A DNA stretch of 64,000 nt from the NCBI RefSeq assembly GCF_046119375.1, contig NW_027362767.1:41788001-41852000 (forward strand). The letters are read 5' to 3'. Numbering within the stretch: position 1 is the stretch's first letter; each line of letters starts with the position of its first letter. Below, piece after piece: positions 39,701 through 51,700 of the stretch. This DNA is from Phyllobates terribilis (taxonomy: Eukaryota). The translations under genes were made by a program, and so were the position numbers. Under the pieces are notes generated by a model. That model ran no database searches. It saw only the letters and a list, made by a program, of their open reading frames with translations, and had not been told where the DNA came from.

Positions 39701-42700
39701 ATCTACATGCCTCATGTATAGCGTGCACCACATGCCTCATAAGTAGTGTCCTCCACATGCCTCATGTATAGCGTCCATCACATGCCTCATCAGTAGTGTC
39801 ATCTACATGCCTCATGTATAGCGTGCACCACATGCCTCATGTATAGTGTCCTCCACATGCCTCATGTATAGTGTCCTCCACATGCCTCTGGTATAGTGTC
39901 CTCCACATGCCTCTGGTATAGTGTCCTCCACATGCCTCTGGTATAGTGTCCTCCACATGCCTCTGGTATAGTGTCCTCCACATGCCTCTGGTATAGTGTC
40001 CTCCACATGCCTCTAGTATAGTGTCCTCCACATGCCTCTAGTATAGTGTCCTCCACATGCCTCATGTATAGTGTCCTCCACATGCCTCTAGTATAGTGTC
40101 CTCCACATGCCTCTAGTATAGTGTCCTCCACATGCCTCTGGTATAGTGTCCTCCACATGCCTCTGGTATAGTGTCCTCCACATGCCTCATGTATAGTGTC
40201 CACCACATGCCTCTGGTATAGTGTCCTCCACATGCCTCATGTATAGTGTCCTCCACATGCCTCATGTATAGTGTCCACCACATGCCTCTGGTATAGTGTC
40301 CTCCACATGCCTCTGGTATAGTGTCCTCCACATGCCTCTGGTATAGTGTCCTCCACATGCCTCTGGTATAGTGTCCTCCACATGCCTCTGGTATAGTGTC
40401 CTCCACATGCCTCATGTATAGTGTCCTCCACATGCCTCTAGTATAGTGTCCTCCACATGCCTCTAGTATAGTGTCCTCCACATGCCTCAGGTATAGTGTC
40501 CTCCACATGCCTCATGTATAGTGTCCACCACATGCCTCTGGTATAGTGTCCACCACATGCCTCTGGTATAGTGTCCTCCACATGCCTCATGTATAGTGTC
40601 CTCCACATGCCTCATGTATAGTGTCCACCACATGCCTCTGGTATAGTGTCCTCCACATGCCTCTGGTATAGTGTCCTCCACATGCCTCTGGTATAGTGTC
40701 CTCCACATGCCTCGTGTATAGCGTCCATCACATGTTTCATCAGTAGTGTCTTCCACATGCCTCATTGTAGCGCCGGCATCTCTCCACTCTGCATCCCTAC
40801 CCCAGCAGAGACGCCAACTCACTCACCACCGCGGTCCCGCACTTCCTCCCTCCTCTCCTGCTGCTCATGACTGGGGTACGTACTTTGGGCGCAGATCCCC
40901 AGGCTCTGTGCTTAGGGTGCGCGCTCCCTCCTTTGTAACGGGGTCATGAATGCCATCCTAAAGTGTCCCCAGCTAATGGCTGGGAAACAACTACTATTTA
41001 AAGCAGTGTTCCCCAACTCCAGTACTCAAGGCCCACCAAAAGGTCATGTTTTTAGGATTTCCTTAGTATTGCACAGGTGATGGAATTATTGCCTGTGCAG
41101 GGGCATGCAACCTGATCCGAATATGTCAAGGAGATGAATGGAAGACGGCCTTTAATACCCGAGATGGCCATTATGAGTATCAGGAAATGCCCTTTGGACT
41201 CTGTAATGCCCCTGTCGTCTTTCAAGAACTGGTGACTGACATCTTCTGGGACCTTCTCTACACGTGTGTGGTAGTATACTTTAACGACATCTTGTTGTTC
41301 TCTCCCGATCTGCCTTTACACTGAAGGGATGTTCGCCAGGTGTAACATACCTGGCGGCGTCCTTGCATGGTGGTCCATCTCCCACTGTGCAAGAGGGCGC
41401 ACTTGATCTCCTGTCCAGAATGTCTCTCTGGCTTCCCTCCATGCTGTCTGTTTGTGTCTGTTTCTGCTGCTTAAGGGCGGCGCCCGATCACTTCCTGCCT
41501 TTTGTACCTGCTGTGGGTCACACCCCTTGTGCGTCCTCAGCCTATTGCTGTCTGTCACTTGGTATATAGCTCAGCAGCTCCCTTCTATCCCTGCCTGTGC
41601 TTAGTGTTTCCTTCAGTGTGTGCTTGCACTCTGAAGGTGCCAGGTCCCGTCTCTTGTCTCCTGCTTTTTGTATCAGTTCCCGTGTCTGAACTTAGTCCTG
41701 TATGTCTCCTGCTTTGCGGTATCAGCTCCCGTGTCTGAACTGTGTCCTGTATGTCTCCTGCTTTGCGGTATCAGCTCCCGTGTCTGAACTGAGTCCTGTA
41801 TGTCTCCTGCTTTGCGGTATCAGCTCCCGTGTCTGAACTGTGTCCTGTATGTCTCCTGCTTTGCGGTATCAGCTCCCGTGTCTGAACTGAGTCCTGTATG
41901 TCTCCTGCTTTGCGGTATCAGCTCCCGTGTCTGAACTGAGTCCTTTCTGTGCTCTCTTGTCTGTCCTGTCTGAACACGCTCCTAGCCTGTTCCTCTCGCC
42001 TTCTAGTGGCCGATTTCCTAGACCCGCTTCTGTGTCTGGTCTGTCCTGTCTGAACACGCTCCTTGCCTGTTCGTTCCGCCTTCTAGTGGCCGATTTCCTA
42101 GACCCGCTCCTGCGTCTGGTCTGTCCTGTCTGAACACGCTCCTTGCCTGTTCGTTCCGCCTCTCTGGGGGCCGTATTCCCAGACCCGCTCCTGTATCCCT
42201 CTGCAGTGTCGGTCTCTTCCGTACACTCAGTTCCAGTCTGAACTCTCTCCTGTCCTTTACCTGTTTTGCCTCTATGTCCGTTCCCTTCCTTTTTCTGCAG
42301 AGTCTGAACTCGTACCTAACTCCTGCTTGTTGTCTCTGCAAGTACTGTGTGAGTATCTGGCTCTGTCTTTCCCTTCCTGTCTGTTCCGTGTGAACAGAGC
42401 CCTGTCCTCCCTGCTCAGCCTTGTCTGCACTCTAGCTGTGCTTGCCTGTAACCCTCTGCCTGTATTGTTCCTAGTCCCGGTGTGTACTGGGTCCTATCCC
42501 GCCTGTGTTCCTACCTGCTAGTGCCTCCCTGTCTGCACTCTAGCTTTGCTTGCCTTTACCCCCCTGCCTGCATACCCGCCTGCCTGCATACCAGTCGTGC
42601 CTGCCTATACCCTCCAGTCTGTGTGCCAGCCTGTTCCTGTATTCCCCTGTGTGGGTCAACAGCCGTGTCCGGGGTCTGTCCTGGAGTAGCACCTGGTCCC

Positions 42701-45700
42701 TCTGCTCGGTTCCTCCTTGGTGCACTGGCGTCGTATGCCGTCGTGCGACCCTGGTCGGATCGGGTGAATACTTAGTCACGCCCCTCCAGGCATTCACTCT
42801 CCGGCACGGTCCAGTGGAATCACTACCAATCACACGCACACGCCGCTTAGCCCGGGCGTGTGCATAACAGCATGCTCAGGCCATGGTTCCCGTTGAGCCC
42901 CACGGCCTTCGCTCTTTGAGAAGTTTTTCCAGCGAATACATGCATTAAAATAAAATAAATAAATTTTTTTCCCCCTTTAGCTGAGTTCCAGGCGAGTTAC
43001 GCACCCGTCCAGATGGATCTATCAGCCCTCGTTCCTGCGGATCCGCCACGTTACTATGGGGATCCAAGACAGTGTCGTGCATTTGTGGAGCAATGCATGC
43101 TACACTTTAAGGCCTACCCTCTCTATTTTCCTTCCGATTGGGCTAAAGTGGCCTTTATGATTGACTACCTAGCGGGTGATGCCTTGAAATGGGTCACCCC
43201 CCTATGGGAAGCATGGGATCCTGTCATCCTTGACCTGCAGGCCTTCCTGGTGGCCTTTCGTATGGTCTTCGAGGACCCTAACTCTGAAGCCCCTGCTGAA
43301 GCTTCACTTCCCAATATCCCGGAGCAGCCCCGACGGGTAATGTGTGTGGGTAGCGCAATAGTCCTCCAGCCCAATGAGACTACTGCCCACCCAGAATCCT
43401 CACAGGGTGACTACGCTTTCCGGAATACTTCTCTCAACCTCAAGAGGCAGTCCAGACGTGCTAGACTTAGAGGCAAGCCGTCACGCCAGGGTCTGTCCTC
43501 CCTGAGACCTCCTGACCCCAACCTTGAAGTCCCTACTGAAGCTTCATCTCCCTGTATCCCGGAGAAACCCCAATGGGTAATGTGCGTGGGTAGTGCACCA
43601 GTTCTCCTGGCCGAAGAGACTTCTGCCCATCCAGACTCCACACAGGAGAACTTCCTGCACCCGGCATCAGATGCTTCTTTCTCTTTAACCGGTGTGCATG
43701 TCCAAGGATGCTCCAAAGCTGTGGTTACCTCAGAGTCTGTGCACCTCTACTACCTGGCGGAGGATCCCCTGTTGCCTCCTGAACCCTCCGGGATACCACT
43801 CGATGACAAATGGAGAGAGACTTCTCTACACCCGGTACTCAATACTTTGTCCGCTTCGTCCTGTGAGCCTGACAATGGGTACCCCAAAGTGGTAGTTACC
43901 TCCGAGTCTCTACACCCCTCCGACCAGGCGGAGGATCTCCAGTTGTCTCCTGAACCCTTCGGGGTGCTACCTGGTAGCGAAAGGACAGAGACTCTCCTAT
44001 ACTCTGTACCTGATACCTCGCTCGCTTCGTCCAGTGAGTCCAACTTAGTGTACTCCGAAGCAGAGGTTACTCCTGAGTCTCTACACCCCTCCGACCAGGC
44101 GGAGGACCTCCAGTTGTGTTCAGAATCCTTCGGGGTGCCACCTGGTGGTGAATGGACAGAGACTTTCCTATATCCTGGATCTGATACCTCGCTTGCTTCG
44201 TCCAGTGAGTCCGACCTAGTGTACTCTGAAGCAGAGGTTACCCGTGAGTCTCTACACCCCTCTGACCAGGCGGAGGACCGCCAGCTGTCTCCAGAACCCT
44301 TCGGGGTGCCACCTGGTGGTGAATGGACAGAGACTTTCCTATACTCGGTACCCGATACCTCGCCTGCTTCCTCCAGTGAGTCCGACCTAGTGTACTCTGA
44401 AGCAGAGGTTACCCGTGAGTCTCTACACCCCTCTGACCAGGCGGAGGACCGCCAGCTGTCTCCAGAACCCTTCGGGGTGCCACCTGGTGGTGAATGGACA
44501 GAGACTTTCCTATACTCGGTACCCGATACCTCGCCTGCTTCCTCCAGTGAGTCCGACCTAGTGTACTCTGAAGCAGTTGTTTTCTCTGAGCCTCTGCACT
44601 CTTCTGACCCGGCGGAGGACCTCCAGTTGTTTCCTGAATCCTCCGGGATACCACCAGATAACAAAGAGACAGTGACTTTTCCTCATTATGTACGTGATAA
44701 CCCGTCTATTTCTTCCTGTGAGCTTGACAAGATGTACCTCGAAGCAGAGATTACCCTTAAGTCTCTGTCCCCCTCCAACCCAGTGAACGACTGGCCCTCG
44801 AATTCCCTGCGGAAGATTCTGGCAGGCCTGAAGAAGAGGGGGCGTAAGGGGGGAGGTACTGTAACATACCTGGCGGCGTCCTTGCATGGTGGTCCATCTC
44901 CCACTGTGCAAGAGGGCGCACTTGATCTCCTGTCCAGAATGTCTCTCTGGCTTCCCTCCATGCTGTCTGTTTGTGTCTGTTTCTGCTGCTTAAGGGCGGC
45001 GCCCGATCACTTCCTGCCTTTTGTACCTGCTGTGGGTCACACCCCTTGTGCGTCCTCAGCCTATTGCTGTCTGTCACTTGGTATATAGCTCAGCAGCTCC
45101 CTTCTATCCCTGCCTGTGCTTAGTGTTTCCTTCAGTGTGTGCTTGCACTCTGAAGGTGCCAGGTCCCGTCTCTTGTCTCCTGCTTTTTGTATCAGTTCCC
45201 GTGTCTGAACTTAGTCCTGTATGTCTCCTGCTTTGCGGTATCAGCTCCCGTGTCTGAACTGTGTCCTGTATGTCTCCTGCTTTGCGGTATCAGCTCCCGT
45301 GTCTGAACTGAGTCCTGTATGTCTCCTGCTTTGCGGTATCAGCTCCCGTGTCTGAACTGTGTCCTGTATGTCTCCTGCTTTGCGGTATCAGCTCCCGTGT
45401 CTGAACTGAGTCCTGTATGTCTCCTGCTTTGCGGTATCAGCTCCCGTGTCTGAACTGAGTCCTGTATGTCTCCTGCTTTGCGGTATCAGCTCCCGTGTCT
45501 GAACTGTGTCCTGTATGTCTCCTGCTTTGCGGTATCAGCTCCCGTGTCTGAACTGAGTCCTGTATGTCTCCTGCTTTGCGGTATCAGCTCCCGTGTCTGA
45601 ACTGAGTCCTTTCTGTGCTCTCTTGTCTGTCCTGTCTGAACACGCTCCTAGCCTGTTCCTCTCGCCTTCTAGTGGCCGATTTCCTAGACCCGCTCCTGTG

Positions 45701-48700
45701 TCTGGTCTGTCCTGTCTGAACACGCTCCTTGCCTGTTCGTTCCGCCTTCTAGTGGCCGATTTCCTAGACCCGCTCCTGCGTCTGGTCTGTCCTGTCTGAA
45801 CACGCTCCTTGCCTGTTCGTTCCGCCTCTCTGGGGGCCGTATTCCCAGACCCGCTCCTGTATCCCTCTGCAGTGTCGGTCTCTTCCGTACACTCAGTTCC
45901 AGTCTGAACTCTCTCCTGTCCTTTACCTGTTTTGCCTCTGTCCGTTCCCTTCCTTTTTCTGCAGAGTCTGAACTCGTACCTAACTCCTGCTTGTTGTCTC
46001 TGCAAGTACTGTGTGAGTATCTGGCTCTGTCTTTCCCTTCCTGTCTGTTCCGTGTGAACAGAGCCCTGTCCTCCCTGCTCAGCCTTGTCTGCACTCTAGC
46101 TGTGCTTGCCTGTAACCCTCTGCCTGTATTGTTCCTAGTCCCGGTGTGTACTGGGTCCTATCCCGCCTGTGTTCCTACCTGCTAGTGCCTCCCTGTCTGC
46201 ACTCTAGCTGTGCTTGCCTTTACCCCCCTGCCTGCATACCCGCCTGCCTGCATACCAGTCGTGCCTGCCTATACCCTCCAGTCTGTGTGCCAGCCTACCA
46301 GCCTGTTCCTGTATTCCCCTGTGTGGGTCAACAGCCGTGTCCGGGGTCTGTCCTGGAGTAGCACCTGGTCCCTCTGCTCGGTTCCTCCTTGGTGCACTGG
46401 CGTCGTATGCCGTCGTGCGACCCTGGTCGGATCGGGTGAATACTTAGTCACGCCCCTCCAGGCATTCACTCTCCGGCACGGTCCAGTGGAATCACTACCA
46501 ATCACACGCACACGCCGCTTAGCCCGGGCGTGTGCATAACACCAGGTCCTGCAGAGATTAAGGAAGAACCATCTGTACGTCAAATATGAAAAGTGCGTCT
46601 TTGAGCAGACATCTCTTCCGTTTCTGGGGTACATCATTTCCAAGACCAGCTTGAAAATGGATCTCGTGAAGGTATCCTCCATCTTAAAGTGGCCCTGTCC
46701 AGACAGTCTGAAAGACAACCAGCAGTTTCTCGGATTTGCAAACTATTACCGCCAGTTTATTTCACATTTCTCCTCTTGGACTGCTCTTATTTCTGCCCTG
46801 ACTCGCAAGAGGGCCAATCCTAAGATATGGGCTCCAGAGGCAGAGAATGCCTTTGTGTCTTTAAAACAGGCCTTCTCCTCAGCTTCTGTGCTGCATTGTC
46901 CGGACAATAACAAGCAGTTCTTTCTGGAGGTGGATGCTTCTTCTTCAGGGGACACAGCCGTTCTTATTCAGAAGTCTTCTTCCGGTCGCATTGTGAGCTG
47001 CGGCTTCTTTCCCAAGATCTTCTCTGCTCCAGAACGCAATTACCCTATAGGTGATCGAGAACTGTTAGCGATTAAACTGGCTCTGGAGGAGTGGATACGT
47101 TGGTTATATACACTGACCACAAGAATCTAGCCTATCTGCAATCCGCACAGCAACTTAACCCACGACAAGCCAGGTGGTCTCTGTTCTTCACTCGCTTCAA
47201 CTTCACTCTCCATTTTCCTGCCGGCAGATAAGAACGTTAAGGCAGATGCACTCTCTAGATCCTTCCAGTCTTCCGACCAGGAGGAGGAGTCTCAACACAT
47301 CACTGAGCCCTCCAAAATTTTTACGGTCACACCGTTGGATTTGTCTCAGCTCCCTTCCAGAAAGATTTACATGGCTGTACCAGGTAGGAAGTGAGTTCTT
47401 CTATGGGTTCACTCGTCTAAGGTGGCTGGCCATGCCGGTCAGAAGAAAACTGCTCTCCTCATCTCCCAACATTATTGATAGCCAACCTTGTGCAAGGATA
47501 TTGCGGATTTTGTCTCTGCCTGTCCCTCTTGTGCCCAGATCAAAACCCCGAAACAGCTGCCTACCAGCAGCATATAGCAATAGATTTCATCATCGATCTT
47601 CCACTATCGGCCGGGTGTACTGTTATCGGGGTGGTTGTGGATCGCTTCTCCAAGATGGCCCATTTCACTCCACTGCCTGGTCTCCCATCTACTCCAGTGC
47701 TTGCAGAGAAGTTCTTTATAAATATTTTTCGCCTCCATGGTCTTTCGCTCCATATTGTCTCGGATAGAGGCATCCAATTTACTTCTCACTTCTGGGTGGC
47801 CACCTGCAAATTACTTAATGTCACTATGGATTTTTCTTCAGCCTACCACCCTCAATCCAATGGCCAGGTAGAGCTGGTCATTCAGATCCTGAACACCTTC
47901 CTGCGGCACTTCATCAGTACCTACCACAGTGACTGGTCTGAACTCAGCTGTGGGCTGAATTCTCGTACAATAGCCATGTGAGTGAATTTTCTGCCAAATC
48001 TCCATTTTTTGTAGTCTAAGGTCAACATCACAATATTCTGTTCCCTGTTTCTACTACCTCCAATATTCTTGCTGCTGAATCCCTCATCAAGGGTTTTTCT
48101 AAGATCTGGGAGGACACCAAGTCCAAATTATTGAAGTCCTTGGAACTGATGAAAAGACACAAAGACTAGAGACGTCTGGATCCACCTCTGTTTTGTCCTA
48201 GGTACAAGGTCTGGCTGTCATCTAAATATGTCCGTCTCAAGGTACCATGCTATAAACTTGGTCCTCGCTTCATCGGATCATTCGAGGTTCTAAAACGGAT
48301 CAGTTCAGTAGCCTACAAGCTCAGACTTCCGGCCTCTTTACGGATCCACAGTTCTTTTCACGTGTCTGTCGTCATCAGTCCTTTTTTCAAAGATCCCGGT
48401 GTACCACTCCTGCTCCAGTCAGCACTGAAGACATTTTTGAGGTAGAGCACATTCTGTCCATCAACTTTTAAAAAAAAAAAAAAAATGTCATCAAAACTTT
48501 TTTTCTTGTGGATTGGAAGGGGTTTGGTCCTGAGGAGAGGTTTTGAGAGCCTAGGGAGAACATCCATGCCCCTCTCCTCCTAGAGAAATTCCTTGCGTGC
48601 TTGAAAAAGAGGGGGCATAAGGGTGGGGGGGTACTGTACCACCGGCATCTCTGCACTCTGCCTGCCTCCCCCAGCAGAGATGCCAACTCACTCACTGCCG

Positions 48701-51700
48701 TAGTCCAGCACTTCCTCCCTCCTCTCCTGCTGGTGATGTCCGAGGTACGCGGTTCTGCATGCAGATCCCTGGGCACAGTGCTTAGAGCGCGCAAGCTCCC
48801 TCCTTGAAGGAGCCACACGCGCTGTCCTAAAGTGTCCCCAGCCAATGGCTGTGAGAAAATTACTATTTAAAGCACCTGCACCGGCATGGAGGTGCCTGTG
48901 CACAGTTGTTAGTCTGTTTCTTAAACATGCTTGCTAGTTCTCAGGTCCCAGTGCTTGTACCCCTGTATACCAGTCCTATATATCAGCCATGCCTCGCTGC
49001 CTGTCTGTATATTAGCAATTCCGGTCTGCACCAGCCTGCCTGTATATCAGCCGTGCCCATCTGCACCAGCCTGCCTGTATATCAGTCGTTCCCGCCTACC
49101 TATCAGCCGTGCCCACCTGCAGCTGCTGCCAGGATACCAGTCGTGCCCTGTAGTACCTGCCTACCTGTGTGTCTGTCATGCCAGTCACTAGACCAGCCGT
49201 GCCAGCCAGTACTTGCCAAGTCTGTCATTCCTGCCTCCTGTCCCTTGGGGGTCAGCTGCCATCCACCCGATGTCAGTCCTGGAGTAGCACCTGTCTCTGG
49301 CTCCCTAGTCTCTCCTCGGATCAAGGTATCGTCAGCCGCCGTGCATCCGAGGTCGTATTTGGTGAGGCACCTAGTCACGCCCCTCCAGGCTCTCCTCGGA
49401 TCACAGTGGTTCAACAACCCAGTCCGTTACACTCATCAGTAGTGTCCTCCACATGCCCCATTAATAGCGTCCTCCACATGCTCCATTAGTAGCGTCTTCC
49501 ACATGCCACATCAATAGTGTCATCCAAATGCCCTGTCAATAGTATCCTCCACATTAACATCAATAGTAAAACCTACAAAAGACAAAAATATATCTCATAC
49601 CCTACCATCATTATATATAAATGTAAAGCAAAGTTGCATAATAAATATAGGGTACTTAGTGAACTATTTTTGATCAAAAAAAGTTCACTAAGTACCCTAT
49701 ATTTATTATGCAACTTTGCTTTACATTTATATATAATGATGGTAGGGTATGAGATATATTTTTGTCTTTTGTAGGTTTTGCTTCTTTTTGCTAGTGTGAA
49801 CATGCTCCTATTTCTTGCATGTCTACCATCTTAGACCTCAGTTCACATTGCTTGGTTTATTAACATCAATAGTGTCCATCACATGCCCCATCAATAGTGT
49901 CCTCCACATGCCCCATCATTACATCTACTTTACTCTTTTGGTTGGTGAGCATGCATTCACCTTATTGCATGGTTACCCTAAACCATACATGTCAAACTCT
50001 GGACCATGGGCCAAATCTGGCCCGCAGGGTGGTTATATTTGGCCCGAGACACCAGAACCGCCACCCCAATGTGGGGCCATTATTCTGTATGGAGGACTAT
50101 ATGGGGCCCATTATACTGTATGGAGGACTATGTGGGCCCATTATTCTGTATGGAGCACTATGAGGGGCCATTATTCTGTATGGAGGACTATGTGGGGCCC
50201 ATTATACTGTATAGAGGACTATGTGGGGCCCATTATTCTGTATGGAGGACTATGTGGGGCCATTATACTGTATGGAGGACTATGTGGGGTCTATTATTAT
50301 GTATGGAGGATTATGTGGGGCCATTATACTATTTGGAGAACTATGTGGAGCCCATTATACTGTATACTTGTTGGCCCGTGACTTTGTCCAAGTTTTTCAT
50401 TTAGGCCCTCTGTGTGTTTGAGTTTGACATCCCTGCCCTAAACTATCAATGTTGATATGACTGGTTGCTGCTATGATCTGGTAATAATGTAGCGTGCACA
50501 GATGCCGAATACCGACGGACTCTAAAGTAGTCACATCCTCCTCACCACTCAAATCGCGCTATTGTTTATCACAGTTTTTAGAGTACAGACCAAAAGTTTG
50601 GACACACCTTCTCATTTAAAGATTTTTCTGTATTTTCATGACTATGAAAATTATACATTCACACTGAAGGCATCAAAACTATGAATTAACATATGTGGAA
50701 TTATATACTTAACAAAAAAGTGTGAAACAACTGAAAATATGTCTTATATTCTAGGTTCTTCAAAGTAGCCACCTTTTGCTTTGATGACTGCTTTGCACAC
50801 TCTTGGCATTCTCTTGATGAGCTTCAAGAGGTAGTCACCGGAAATGGTTTTCACTTCACAGGTGTGCCCTGTCAGGTTTAAGAAGTGGGATTTCTTGCCT
50901 TATAAATGGTGTTGGGACCATCAGGTGTGTTGTGCAGAAGTCTGGTGGATACACAACTGATAGTCCTACTGAATAGACTGTTAGAATTTGTATTATGGCA
51001 AGAAAAAAGCAGCTAAGTAAAGAAAAACTAGTGGCCATCAGTATTTTAAGAAATGAAGGTCAGTCAGTCCGAAAAATTGGGCAAACTTTGAAAGTGTCCC
51101 TAAGTGCAGTTGCAAAAACCATCAAGCGGTACAAAGAAACTGGCTCACATGAGGACCGCCCCAGGAAAGGAAGACCAAGAGTCACCTCTGCTCCTGAGGA
51201 TAAGTTTATCCGAGTCACCAACCTCAGAAATCGCAGGTTAACAGCAGCTCAGATTAGAGACCAGGTCAATGCCACACAGAGTTCTAGCAGCAGACACATC
51301 TCTTCAACAACTGTTAAGAGGAGACTTTGTGCAGCAGGCCTTCATGGTAAAATAGCTGCTAGGAAACCACTGCTAAGGACAGGCAACAAGCAGAAGAGAC
51401 TTGTTTGGGCTAAAGAACACAAGGAATGGACATTAGACCAGTGGAAATCTGTGCTTTGGTCTGATGAGTCCAAATTTGAGATCTTTGGTTCCAACCACCG
51501 TGTCTTTGTGCGACGCAGAAAAGGTGAACGGATGGACTCTACATGCCTGGTTCCCACCGTGAAGCATGGAGGAGGAGGTGTGATGGTGTGAGGGTGCTTT
51601 GCTGGTGACACTGTGGGGGTTTATTCAAAATTGAAGGCATACTGAACCAGCATGGCTACCACAGCATCTTGCAGCGGCATGCTATTCCATCCGGTTTGCG

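Larger units (their letters stand above)
40766..49431 (+). mobile_element. Decayed Gypsy/sushi chromovirus (host of a nested element)
   Basis: Truncated 5' LTR 40766-~41003. RT fragment 41105-41340 ([19 protein letters not shown]) resumes at 46542 ([13 protein letters not shown]), followed by RNase H, integrase ([19 protein letters not shown]), chromodomain (~48420-48590), PPT and 3' LTR 48635-49431. CTCAT flanks both ends. Many stops and frameshifts. Confidence 0.85.

Noticed and set aside
43750-44664. 304-aa antisense ORF in the gag-only element
   Set aside because: Shadow of the 171-bp repeats on the opposite strand; no recognisable domain or promoter.
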